DNA from: Candidatus Latescibacterota bacterium
GTDB lineage: Bacteria > Latescibacterota > UBA2968 > GCA-2709665
NCBI GenBank assembly: GCA_965203805.1
Contig: OZ241917.1
Span: forward strand, 768,001-832,000
Reading direction: 5' to 3'
Length of the DNA: 64,000 nucleotides
Shown here piece by piece: positions 48,401 to 57,573 of this stretch (position 1 is the first letter of the stretch; each line of letters starts with the position of its first letter). Under the pieces are notes generated by a model. The model had not been told where the DNA came from. It ran no database searches and was given only the letters and a program-made list of their open reading frames with translations. The translations under genes and the position numbers were made by a program.

Positions 48401-50201
48401 TCGACCCATCCTGATGACAACGGCCACGACGCTTCTGGGCGTTCTTCCACTGGCGCTCGAATACGGCGGCGATTTTGAAATCTGGCCGCCGTTCGCAATT
48501 ACCGTTCTGGGCGGGCTGTCGGTTTCCATGGTCTCCACGCTGATCCTGATTCCGGTGGTCTACATGGGACTGGATCAGATCGGCGCCTGGCTTGCCGACA
48601 TGGGGGTTATCGCCGTCACGCTGTCGCTGCTGGCGACCGCCGCGGCCGGGTATGGCGTTTATGTGCGGTACGAAAGCGTTTTCTGGGCAACGCTGTCGAT
48701 ATTGCCCATCTGGGGCGCGTGTCTGGCAGCGGTATGGACCGTCCTGAAAATACACCGCGCCCGGGTCGCGGCCCGGCGGGTATCCGGCGCCGTTCATTCC
48801 ATACAGCTGAGAAATCTTACCAAGGTCTACGGCGCGCCCGGGCGGTTTGTACGGGAGTGGGCGCGCAACGAGCGCCGGCGAGGGCGGATGATGGAAACCG
48901 GTCCGGAGCCACACGACCGCAGGGCGGTCCGTGACGCGCTCATCTGGAAGCTGCCGTTGCTCGCGCTGTTGTCGGTCTTCACGACCTATTTCGAGGACGA
49001 GATCTGGATCTATCTGCACGGGCTGGCGCTGGCATCCATGATTGCGCACGTGGGGAGATGCGTCGGAGACCTGAGAGAAAGGCAACTTCCGGCGCCGATC
49101 GCCCGCATTGGCGCCCTGCTGCTCAAAGCCGTGCTGCCATTGACGTTTGTCGGCTACGTGCACTTGCGGCTGAACCTGCTTTCTGTCACACTTGCCACGT
49201 TCGGGCTGTGGGTCGTCTATCGACTGGTGCGGTGGCTCGCCGACAGGGTACGTTCCGGGGAGATCGATCCCGATGCCTTGTCCGGACGTCTGGCGCGGCC
49301 GCGCATGTGGAGCTATCGAATGGCCTCGGCCATGCCGATCGTCGGCGTCCCCCGGCCGGAGTTTCGGGCGCTGGCGGGCGTCAACCTGGAAATCGGCAGG
49401 GGGATGTTCGGGCTACTGGGCCCCAACGGCGCCGGCAAGACCACATTGATGCGCATTCTCTGCAGGGTACTCGAACCCAGTTACGGCTCCATTCTGATCG
49501 ACGGTCGAAACGTCCTGAACAGGGGATCGATTCACGGTCTGATCGGCTACCTGCCGCAGCATTTCGGCAACTACGGACACCTTTCCGCATACGAGTATCT
49601 GGAATACCGTGCACTTCTGGAGGGTTACAAAGACCGGAAAATTCGGGACGCCCGGGTGATCGAATCCCTGGAACAGGTCAATCTGATCGAACGGAAAGAC
49701 GATCCCGTCGGCTCGTTTTCAGGCGGAATGAAGCAGCGCCTCGGCATTGCCCAGACCCTCCTGCACACCCCGCTGATCGTGGTGGTGGACGAGCCCACGG
49801 CGGGTCTCGATCCGCTGGAGCGCATCCGGTTCCGCAACCTGCTTGCCAGGTTGAGCCAGGATCGCATTGTCATTTTCTCCACGCACATCGTGGAAGATAT
49901 CTCCGGAAGCTGCAATCGTCTGGCAGTACTGGACCATGGGTGTCTTCTGTATACGGGAACACCGGAGGAAATGAGGAATCTGGCGACGGGACGGGTGTGG
50001 GACACGGTGGTATCGGAGCGGCGTTTTTCGGAGATGGAGGACAACCTTAAGCTCATTTCGCATCAGCGAACGCCCGGCGGGGTCCGGATGCGGTTCCTGT
50101 CGGAACACGCGCCGGTCGATATCGGCGCGCAGAGCGTGGACCCAACTCTGGAAGACGCGTACCTGTACCTGCTTGGCGGAGGGGAGGGACAGCCGTGCTG
50201 A
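45489..50201 (+). CDS. RND permease fused to a C-terminal ABC ATPase domain
   Basis: RND motifs (GMLADNGIVVMEN, ASLFES, RVRPILMT) followed in frame by extra TM segments and [27 protein letters not shown]. Confidence 0.92.
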   Translation: MILPDLAVRRPVTTSMFFAAFAILGVVSWTRLPVQLFPELIFPEVFVTLSLQGASPEQVERDLLVPAEGEIGKLDGVQEMESFAMANRGGIRISYAPDVDMKFALLQLQSNLNRLQPTLPERTQSDVRRFDSTDLSSSIMELHVLADWDLNPLREFTEEKIRPELESVDGVVNVSVLGGRRSAVEIVLDPFLLEAHGLSTGQVRARLNSYNRRREYLGRVFDGNRAYSVSIQGQFTDLRQIRDLVLNADGTLRLGDVSRVGFGLQEQADRHRVNGRPSVGVRIQKDDEANLIEVAAAVEAAIGRLNRDFKSAGVELGVSSSQADLMTGALSTLKQAAIAGAVLGLIVLFLFLRNLRFVSVLLLAIPISLLMTFNLMYLGGLSVNVLSLCGLALAMGMLADNGIVVMENIFKHYERGKSPADAARDGAAEVGRAVVAATATTVTAFLPVLFIESDARDLLRELALSMAFPLLASLLVALTLVPALAVRALSRGVRQPPDVRGLLERYTLLLKTALRHRASVVLSAGVALALTLVLAFFYLLQQQVRREETRFTVYVNLPEGATLDATDEVVKQVEASVRDVPGLDRFTTSVREAEADVNVLLDRRSDRPGGISLDEIKEQLDDKLQNVRGGVVGYEARPRAGRGGRGQGIGQRRRRSSGGFDLTGATPNEQVVVRGYDFTILTMIANDLVYRLEELEEVDANSVRADAERSSPEVQVIPDAAALFDRRLGAQEVLAAMGDTRWDGFRTTVPFLLPDATEVPIEVRTIEEEDRDRYGLAEFRGSRILNRDGHYVPLSEVARVRTDEGRSSLLRTDQTRRIVVSYRYPSEILDSQPRLDLARRVVRTTLQDMVLPEGYSIEIIEAHEEMIYYWMMAVAAVLIYMILASLFESFASPIIILCTLPPAAIGSCWALMMSGTGLSQQEGPMALLGLIVLLGIAVNNGIILIDAVGVLRTRFGFRRERAVLTAARSRVRPILMTTATTLLGVLPLALEYGGDFEIWPPFAITVLGGLSVSMVSTLILIPVVYMGLDQIGAWLADMGVIAVTLSLLATAAAGYGVYVRYESVFWATLSILPIWGACLAAVWTVLKIHRARVAARRVSGAVHSIQLRNLTKVYGAPGRFVREWARNERRRGRMMETGPEPHDRRAVRDALIWKLPLLALLSVFTTYFEDEIWIYLHGLALASMIAHVGRCVGDLRERQLPAPIARIGALLLKAVLPLTFVGYVHLRLNLLSVTLATFGLWVVYRLVRWLADRVRSGEIDPDALSGRLARPRMWSYRMASAMPIVGVPRPEFRALAGVNLEIGRGMFGLLGPNGAGKTTLMRILCRVLEPSYGSILIDGRNVLNRGSIHGLIGYLPQHFGNYGHLSAYEYLEYRALLEGYKDRKIRDARVIESLEQVNLIERKDDPVGSFSGGMKQRLGIAQTLLHTPLIVVVDEPTAGLDPLERIRFRNLLARLSQDRIVIFSTHIVEDISGSCNRLAVLDHGCLLYTGTPEEMRNLATGRVWDTVVSERRFSEMEDNLKLISHQRTPGGVRMRFLSEHAPVDIGAQSVDPTLEDAYLYLLGGGEGQPC

Positions 50202-50917
50202 ACTGGCGGGAATTGCTGCTGACCACGTGGCGGCTTTATCGGCTGAGCTGCAGGATCATATTCCACAGGAAATTGATGTTCATGGGCATCGGCCTTCTCG
50301 TCTATTACGCCGCCATGTACGCGTTCGCGGTGTGGCGCCCCGACGAGGGGTTCGGCGTATCGCAGGCGCTCAACGTCCTGGTTGAAATCCCCGGTATTGC
50401 GCTTGCCATTTATCTGACGATGGATCTCGTTGCGGGCGAACGAGACCGGAATACACTTGAAACCCTGTTCAGCACAACCTCTACCCATTACAAGATCTGG
50501 ACGATCCGGATGGTGGGGGTGTATCTGGTTCTGGCGGGAACCCTCATGGGAATGACGGTGGTCGCGTATTTCGTCTTCGCCGAACTTCCGATTTTCCGGG
50601 GCGGGTTGAATGCTTTTCTGCCGGCATGTCTTGCCGCCGGACTCACGTTCTACTTCTCCGTTCTCTGCCGAAGCGGCAACGCGGCCGCAATGCTCGCGAC
50701 CGGGGTGATGGTCCTGGCTCTGGTCGTTTCGAAGTCCCTGCCCGATTCTCCCTTCGTGCTCTTTCTGGACACGTTCGATCCACCGGTGGGCATGGAAGAC
50801 ACGCTTTGGGGCGACCGGGTCCTGCTGAATCGTCTGGCCGTCGTGCTGCTGTCGGGCTTGCTGCTTTTTATCGGTCTACGCAGAATGGAAGCAAGGGAAC
50901 GGCTGGTATCTTCGTAG
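50195..50917 (+). CDS. ABC-2-type permease
   Basis: About 6 TM segments; GERDRNTLETLF coupling-helix motif; overlaps the stop of the RND-ABC gene. Confidence 0.8.
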   Translation: MLNWRELLLTTWRLYRLSCRIIFHRKLMFMGIGLLVYYAAMYAFAVWRPDEGFGVSQALNVLVEIPGIALAIYLTMDLVAGERDRNTLETLFSTTSTHYKIWTIRMVGVYLVLAGTLMGMTVVAYFVFAELPIFRGGLNAFLPACLAAGLTFYFSVLCRSGNAAAMLATGVMVLALVVSKSLPDSPFVLFLDTFDPPVGMEDTLWGDRVLLNRLAVVLLSGLLLFIGLRRMEARERLVSS

Positions 50918-50964
50918 GGGCGGGTCTCCTATGCCGCAGTCGCGGCGGCCGTCGGGTGCCCATC

Positions 50965-52107
50965 CTATTCTTTTCTTACGTCCAGCCGGACTTTTCGGGG
51001 CGCTACGTTCACGACCGCCAGATCGGTCCCATGCCTGATCGACTCGACGCCGAACTCGAACGTCCTGCGCCCGATCCCGACGTAGCCGGCATCGATTACG
51101 AGCCGAAAGGCGTCTTTGGGCGCGAGCAGAAGGGCGCGTCGGGGACCCTTCACAGTGACGTCTACGGCGGCTGGTCTCACGCTCTCCAGTGCATATCCGC
51201 CCGGCAGATTCTCCACGCCGACCGCCACTTCATACGTCGCTTCCTGGACCGACGCGCCCGGCACCAGAAAGACCCATGCGCCGAACGCCAGCGCGAGGGA
51301 GAGCACGCCTTCCGAGAGATGCCGCGCCAGCCTGCCCCGACCGGTCTTGGGCGCACTGCGGACCGCATGCTGCGCGTGCTCCTGCAACCTGGAAAGCAGT
51401 TCGTCGGGGTCGTTAACGATTTCCAGTCGACCCCGACGCGCGACGGCGATGGTGCCGCGCTCCTCGGAAACGACCAGGCAGAGGGCGTCGCTGCGTTCTG
51501 TCAGCCCGAGCGCCGCGGCGTGGCGAGTTCCTCCCGGCCCGAGTTCGCTGCGGTTTTCCGACAGCGGCAGATGGACGGCAAAACGCTCCAGCCGGTCTTC
51601 CCTCATCACCAGCGCCCCGTCGTGACCGGCCGAAGTCGTGCCGAACAGGCTGTCGATGAGCTCCTCGCTGATCGTGGCATGCAGTACAATCCCGCCCTGC
51701 AGGAGCCGGTCGAGCGGTTCCCGTCCGGGCAGGACCACCAGGCCGCCCCGCCGATTCGCCGCCAGTTGATGCATTGCGCGAACCAGAACCGCCAGACTCC
51801 CGCCGTGGGGCCGAGATGCCCTTCTGCCCAGGCCCAGTGCGGCAATCTGCTCGAAGAGCCTCCGCAGGTCGTCCTGGAAGACAACAACCAGCAGCACGAC
51901 GAGGACGGCAAAGAACCCCTGGAATATCCACGCCGTCAGCTGCAGTTCGAACTGGCGCGCCAGGAGATAGAAAGCGCCCAGAAACGCAAGCCCGACCAGC
52001 GCCATGCGGGCGTGCATCCTCCGGGTCCAGGCCAACAGCCCCCAGAACAGCGCGCCCACCACCGCTATGTCCACGAAATCTGAAAATGTGACCTCAAGCA
52101 GCGTCAT
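50965..52107 (-). CDS. Diadenylate cyclase (CdaA/DisA_N) fused to a YbbR-like domain
   Basis: 3 TM segments, FQDDLRR, HDGA, GTRHAAALG, VVSEERG; then a TM segment and VENLPGG...VTVKGP. Confidence 0.9.
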   Translation of the reverse strand: MTLLEVTFSDFVDIAVVGALFWGLLAWTRRMHARMALVGLAFLGAFYLLARQFELQLTAWIFQGFFAVLVVLLVVVFQDDLRRLFEQIAALGLGRRASRPHGGSLAVLVRAMHQLAANRRGGLVVLPGREPLDRLLQGGIVLHATISEELIDSLFGTTSAGHDGALVMREDRLERFAVHLPLSENRSELGPGGTRHAAALGLTERSDALCLVVSEERGTIAVARRGRLEIVNDPDELLSRLQEHAQHAVRSAPKTGRGRLARHLSEGVLSLALAFGAWVFLVPGASVQEATYEVAVGVENLPGGYALESVRPAAVDVTVKGPRRALLLAPKDAFRLVIDAGYVGIGRRTFEFGVESIRHGTDLAVVNVAPRKVRLDVRKE

Positions 52108-52444
52108 ATTCTATGTTTTCCGCCAGCCGGATTCGGTCGATTGAGGGCGATAGGGCACCCGACGGCGTGTGCATACCCGCCAGCCCGAAATATGGGCAAT
52201 CTTCCTCGTTTCGTCAAGACCGCCGCTGCCGGTTTGCTTCGTGGCCGATCGACGTCTGCCGGATTCCGCAGCTGCAGGACCGCGGTCCGGTCCGGGTGGT
52301 ACAAGTTCCCCCGTTGAATCGATCCGTGGTTCTCGTCTTTCGTTTGGTCGGTCCCGGGAAAATACCTATATTTGGAGACGTTCAGGGACAACCGGAACGG
52401 GTCAACACCAAATTTCACGCGGTAATCGGACGGAGGCAAGCGAC

Positions 52445-53125
52445 ATGCAGGGACCTCGGGGGCGAATGACCAGGCGGGAACTCAGGCAGGACGAATTTGT
52501 CAACAGGATGTTGGCCGCATGGGCTTACGTGGAAGAGAACTATGTCCGCGTGCTCGCCGCTGGCGCGGGGGTGGTGGTCCTCATCCTGCTCGGCATTTTC
52601 ATAATGAACCGGATGGACGCCCAGGCAAGAGAGGCGGTGGATGCGGAGGGGCAGATCCGGATCCTGTTGCTCCAGGGTCGGGTCGACGATGCCATCCTGG
52701 AAGCCGAACGCGTCTCGGAAACATACAGCGGAGAAGCAGCAGCCGGACGGGCGCTGCATTTGGCCGGCGGCCTCTATTTCGAAACCGGGAGGCACGCGGA
52801 GGCACAGGCCGCATTTGAAAGATACCTCCAGGAGTTCGACGCGACGGGGCCCACGGGATACAGCGCATGGTCCGGTGTGGCCGCCGCACTGGAAGAACAG
52901 GGCGATTCCGCGGGCGCGGCGGCCAGATACGAGGCTTTCGCCGATGAGTTCGAAGACTCTCCGTTCGCGCCCAATGCGCTCAAGGAGGCGGCCCGCTGCT
53001 ATCGGATATCGGGCGATACCGGTCAGGCCAGGATTCTACTACAGCGCATTCTGGACCGGTATTCGAGGAGCCCCGTTGTCCGAAGCGCAGAGGAGGAGCT
53101 CAAGCAGATGGGTGGTATCCCATGA
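52445..53125 (+). CDS. Membrane-anchored TPR protein (YfgM-like)
   Basis: RRELRQDEF, a single TM segment, TPR-like helices; GGAGG RBS. Confidence 0.8.
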   Translation: MQGPRGRMTRRELRQDEFVNRMLAAWAYVEENYVRVLAAGAGVVVLILLGIFIMNRMDAQAREAVDAEGQIRILLLQGRVDDAILEAERVSETYSGEAAAGRALHLAGGLYFETGRHAEAQAAFERYLQEFDATGPTGYSAWSGVAAALEEQGDSAGAAARYEAFADEFEDSPFAPNALKEAARCYRISGDTGQARILLQRILDRYSRSPVVRSAEEELKQMGGIP

Positions 53126-56100
53126 CCGGACCGGAACTGAGTCTCACCCGTACGCGCGAATTTCACCCGACCGACCTGGCCGACGATGTCCTGCTGGTCG
53201 TACCGGACGACGTACAAGGGCATGCGGCCGTCGCCCGTGTTGTGGAAGCGGTGGGGGAGGCGGGACGCCTCCCCGAGACGATCCCTCAGAGCCGCTTTCG
53301 GCAGGCGCTGTTCCGGGAAAAACACGTTATTGCCTTCGGAAATCTGGCAAATAACCGGGCGATTCAGCGTCTTTATACCGCCCGGTGTTGTTTTGTGGAC
53401 ACCTTTTTTCCCGGCGCACATGGATATCTTGTCAAGTCGATCTCAGATCCGTTCGGATACGCCCGAAATTGCATTGTCGCGGGCGCCAGCACGGACGAAG
53501 GGCTGGAGGCTGCTCTGAACGTCTTCACGGACATCGTCACCGCCGGTAATGGCCGGTTGAAGCGCGTCCACGCCGCGTCTTTCGACCACGATCTTCCCCG
53601 TTTGCCGGATGATTCCGAGATGGAACGCATGGTTCGGGACGATTTGAAGATCTGGGGGACGGGGTGGTCGGCTTCGCCGTTCCGGGGCGGCGGGCTGTTG
53701 TCCTATCTCTGGCAGCATTATCTGACGGATCACCCGGTATGGGCGAGGGCGGCGGCGGAAATTCTGAAGGGTTCGATTGAACCGTGGCGTGCGGAATGTC
53801 GTGCGCATCCGGAGGCCTACCATTGTTTCTTCAACCTCCACCTCTACGTCCATCTGTGGGACCTGGTGGAAGACAACCCGCTTTTTACCCCGGAAGACCG
53901 TCGGGCGGCCGTCACGATGTTCGGCGAGTTATTGAGACATCTCATGACGCTCTCTTACGTCTCGGAGGAAGTGAATCCTCCAGGCGAAATCCGACAGAAC
54001 CACACGACGTTCATCGGATTAAACCTGGCGGTGGGCGGCGACTACATGACCCGGCGCCACGGTGTTCGGGAGTTTCGACGGGCGAATGAAATCGCACGGC
54101 GCATATTCGAAGGTCAGATGGACAGTTATAAGCCGGATGACGACGGGGGAGTGGGGTACGTCTGGCACGTGCCCCAGGAAACGCTGAGCTATTTTCTGTA
54201 CCGCGGCGACGACCGTTACATCACCGGGGGCCACGTGGCGGACCTGTGCAAGCTGGCGGTCGTGACAACCGACAATATGCGCAGCGAGTGCGGCTACGGC
54301 GATACCTCGGGGTATGCCGGTTTTTCTTCAAACGGATGGGATGCCCGGCTCTGGCCGCTGATGGTCTCTCTCTGGCATCATCCGGATGCCGCGCACCTTT
54401 GGACGTTGAACTGGCTTGGAGAAGGGAAACGACCTTCGCCGGAACGGACGCTGCACGGTCTCTATTCGGCCGTGGACTACGTGGACGGCGGATTCGCCAT
54501 GGCGGCGTGTAAGCCGGTCGTACCCCGCGAACTGCTCGGCATCTGTGTGATGGATATGCCCGAGCCAGTGCTCGACTGGGTACGACGTTACTCGCCGCAG
54601 GCCCATCATCCGCGTCCGGGGAGAAGGTATTTCGACAAATTGTCCCTGCGGCGCAATTTCGAGCCCGGGGGGGAATACCTGCTGCTGGAAGGACTGGGAA
54701 CGACCTGCCACGGACACGAAGATACCAATGCGATCGTCCGGCTGACCTGGAACGAGAGGGCGTGGCTGGCAGACGGGGATTACATCCGGGCGGCGCCCGC
54801 GTTTCACAATTCCGTCGTGGTCATGCGAGACGGCGAGGGAGTTCTCGAATCGCCCGGAGACGGCGTGGTGATCCCGCCTTTGGCGTCCTTAAACGTCTGT
54901 AGCGACGGCGCGGAACTCGCGATGTTTCGCTCGGAAGCCGCGGGTTACAACGGTGTGGACTGGCAGCGGGAGATTTTCTGGCGCAAGGGTCGATATATGG
55001 TCGTCATGGACCGGCTTCGCTGTTGCGAACCGGGAGACTATCATCTCCAGTGTCTCTGGCGAATGGTGGGGGATCCGGCCCGGGAGACGGACGGCGTTCG
55101 CATCCGGCAGGCGGGGGAGCACTTTCATATTCGTAACGCGGACGGTTCCGCGCAGGAAATCGTTCCGGACATGCACGTCAAGAGCCGCTGGGGAAGCTAT
55201 CCGCATTCGAACGGAACCATTTCCGTGTTGCATCAGCGAACGGGGTGCAGCCTCGAAGCCGGCACGTCGTTTACCTTTATGAATCTGCTCACCCCGGACC
55301 CTCAGATTCGACTGGAACGGGTCGGCCCAGGCGCGGTCAGGGTAACGGACGGGGATGAAGTCACGTTGTTGGGTGGGGGAACCCTGGAACAGGACGATCT
55401 GGATCTTTCGGGGAGCGTGTTCGCGTGCCTGGCCCGCGGTAACGGGGTGCGCTTACAGGGCGTCGAACGCCTGGCCGGACGGGAGGTCGAACCATCGGAA
55501 CAGGTTCTGGACCGACCCGAACTGGCGGCGGCGGTCCGGTCCGTACGGGCCGTCCCGGCCGTGACGCCCGCGGCGCGACGTCCGTCGGTTTCGGGCGGGT
55601 TGGCGCATCGGTGGCGCCGGGCTTTCCCGGCCGATATCCGGGATATCTCCGTCTCGGACGACGGCGAACTGCTGCTGGCCAGCGGCCGTGACGTCGTGCG
55701 GCTGAACGCGGAAACGGGGGAGTCGGTCTGGTCCCGGCCGGTTGACGCGGAAGGCGGTGCCAGCCGGGTCCTTGGATCGGATATCGACGGAGACGGAAAA
55801 CCGGAAGTGATGCTGGGAACTGAAGACTCACAACTGGTTGTTCTGGAAGGGGATACCGGTGAAGAACGCTGGCGGCGCGGGCTGGTGAATATGTGGAATC
55901 GCGGCACGAGGGTTTCTGCGGTTGCCGTGGCCGATCTGGAGGGCAATGGAGAGCTGAACGTGCTTGCCGGTACCGAAGGATGGTTTGTGAACGCGTTCGC
56001 GGCCGACGGCGCGCCCAAATGGGCCGAATGGTTTCGATATCACGCGACCACCGCGCTTCAAGCCGCGGACGCGGATGGAGACGGGAAGGCCGAGATTCTG

Positions 56101-56664
56101 GTCGGTACCGAATATTATACGCCGCTTACCGTGCACAATTTCGACGGATCGTTCCGCTGGTCCACGTTCGAGCAGGTCGGATCGCACGGGAACGCAACAA
56201 CGCCCAGACGCGGCATCTGTCTGAAACAGATGGTGCTGTGCGACCTGGACGGCGACGGCGTTATGGAAGTCATTTACGGAACGGAAGACGGCTGGATCTA
56301 CGCCGTCAAACCTCAGGACGGCGCCGAACTCTGGCATGTCAATCTTGTGGGGGAAATTACGGGGCTCGTCGTTCTCGATGGCGTTCTGATCGCGGCGTGC
56401 GAGTTCGGCGCGCTGTATGGAATCGATTTTGCCGGCAATCTGACGTGGCGCCGCCACGAAGCGCAATGGATCCATGCCGTCGCGGAGTCCCGCGGCATGA
56501 TCGCCGTTGCCGCCGACCGGCGGGAAATCCGAACGGTCGACAGTGAGGGGCGCTGCCAGGGTCTGATTGAAATGCCGGCGAACGTCACGTCGCTCGCCGC
56601 AACGGACGGCGGTTTCATCTGTGTCTACGGACAGGGGATTGCCAGCCTGGATCTGATTTCCTGA
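53122..56664 (+). CDS. Heparinase II/III-like protein with a C-terminal FG-GAP/PQQ-type beta-propeller
   Basis: HGHEDTN, HNSV, WQREIFW...VMDRL; repeats DIDGDGKPE, DLEGNG, DADGDGKAE, DLDGDG. Confidence 0.6.
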   Translation: MTGPELSLTRTREFHPTDLADDVLLVVPDDVQGHAAVARVVEAVGEAGRLPETIPQSRFRQALFREKHVIAFGNLANNRAIQRLYTARCCFVDTFFPGAHGYLVKSISDPFGYARNCIVAGASTDEGLEAALNVFTDIVTAGNGRLKRVHAASFDHDLPRLPDDSEMERMVRDDLKIWGTGWSASPFRGGGLLSYLWQHYLTDHPVWARAAAEILKGSIEPWRAECRAHPEAYHCFFNLHLYVHLWDLVEDNPLFTPEDRRAAVTMFGELLRHLMTLSYVSEEVNPPGEIRQNHTTFIGLNLAVGGDYMTRRHGVREFRRANEIARRIFEGQMDSYKPDDDGGVGYVWHVPQETLSYFLYRGDDRYITGGHVADLCKLAVVTTDNMRSECGYGDTSGYAGFSSNGWDARLWPLMVSLWHHPDAAHLWTLNWLGEGKRPSPERTLHGLYSAVDYVDGGFAMAACKPVVPRELLGICVMDMPEPVLDWVRRYSPQAHHPRPGRRYFDKLSLRRNFEPGGEYLLLEGLGTTCHGHEDTNAIVRLTWNERAWLADGDYIRAAPAFHNSVVVMRDGEGVLESPGDGVVIPPLASLNVCSDGAELAMFRSEAAGYNGVDWQREIFWRKGRYMVVMDRLRCCEPGDYHLQCLWRMVGDPARETDGVRIRQAGEHFHIRNADGSAQEIVPDMHVKSRWGSYPHSNGTISVLHQRTGCSLEAGTSFTFMNLLTPDPQIRLERVGPGAVRVTDGDEVTLLGGGTLEQDDLDLSGSVFACLARGNGVRLQGVERLAGREVEPSEQVLDRPELAAAVRSVRAVPAVTPAARRPSVSGGLAHRWRRAFPADIRDISVSDDGELLLASGRDVVRLNAETGESVWSRPVDAEGGASRVLGSDIDGDGKPEVMLGTEDSQLVVLEGDTGEERWRRGLVNMWNRGTRVSAVAVADLEGNGELNVLAGTEGWFVNAFAADGAPKWAEWFRYHATTALQAADADGDGKAEILVGTEYYTPLTVHNFDGSFRWSTFEQVGSHGNATTPRRGICLKQMVLCDLDGDGVMEVIYGTEDGWIYAVKPQDGAELWHVNLVGEITGLVVLDGVLIAACEFGALYGIDFAGNLTWRRHEAQWIHAVAESRGMIAVAADRREIRTVDSEGRCQGLIEMPANVTSLAATDGGFICVYGQGIASLDLIS

Positions 56665-56792
56665 AAAAACCGCATTTGGCAGTCACGGTAAACAGTTCAA
56701 CGATAACCCCGCACAAAACCGGTATAAGATGTATTATGTAAACTTGCGGTTGTTTCAAGTGGGCTGTTTCGCAGAAATTTCCATTCATTCGA

Positions 56793-57458
56793 TTAATGGG
56801 CCACCTCCTGCCCTGTCTTGTCCCGCAGAGCGGACAACTCGGTTTTCAAGCGTCCGATTTCGCGATTCTTCGCCGCCAGGTCCTCTTTAAATGCCTCGCA
56901 GCTGTTTTCGAGCGTCCTGTTTTGATCCGCCAACCGGCTTTGTTCTTTTCCGAGGCGGTTCAGTTCTTTTCTGAGCCAATGCGCCGTTAATGTCGCTTCC
57001 TCTCGGGCTTTATCCGCAGCGCGGAGGTTTTCGCGCAACCCTTGGACGTCGTCCTTATATCTTCTCGCTTCGGTCCATCCGGATGCGGACGAGGCCTCCA
57101 GTTCGGTCCGACGTTCGCTCAGTGCCCGAAGTTCGGCCGTTCGTTCAGCCAGCGCCCGCTCAATGGCGTCCAGTTTGCCGACACGCCGTTGCAACAGGTC
57201 GTAATCGTCCCGCTGGAGTTGCACGAGGGATTGGCTCTGGAGTCCTTCGAGCCTTTCCGGTTCCATTTTTTTTCCATATTTCTTCCTGTAAATTTCCAAC
57301 AAATCTTCTTTGGGAATTCTCCACGCGCCATTCCACTTCCGGGCGTTCAGATAATCCCGCTCGATGTAGTTTCGGACCGTTTTCGTGGTCACTTTGAGCA
57401 GATTTGCGGCCTGATCGATGGTAAGATGCTCAGTCCGGACGTCGCTGGAATCGGTCAT
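56793..57458 (-). CDS. Excisionase-type helix-turn-helix plus coiled-coil protein
   Basis: LTIDQAANLLKVTTKTVRNYI...WRIP followed by a long heptad-rich tail; GGAG RBS. Confidence 0.8.
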   Translation of the reverse strand: MTDSSDVRTEHLTIDQAANLLKVTTKTVRNYIERDYLNARKWNGAWRIPKEDLLEIYRKKYGKKMEPERLEGLQSQSLVQLQRDDYDLLQRRVGKLDAIERALAERTAELRALSERRTELEASSASGWTEARRYKDDVQGLRENLRAADKAREEATLTAHWLRKELNRLGKEQSRLADQNRTLENSCEAFKEDLAAKNREIGRLKTELSALRDKTGQEVAH

Positions 57459-57573
57459 TGATTGCTCCATTGCTTGAATATTTTTACTTTTTTCCATAAT
57501 TATTATAGGAAATTTCACCCCCGAATTCAAGGACGATTCACGACACAACATTGTATCGAGAAGGAAAACTCAG

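Noticed and set aside
50626-52083. 485-aa plus-strand ORF
   Set aside because: Antisense to the diadenylate cyclase, which has clear motifs.
57460-57573. Glycine riboswitch upstream of gcvT
   Set aside because: The region is short and AT-rich and lacks the GGAGA...CCGAAG...CTCAGG core.
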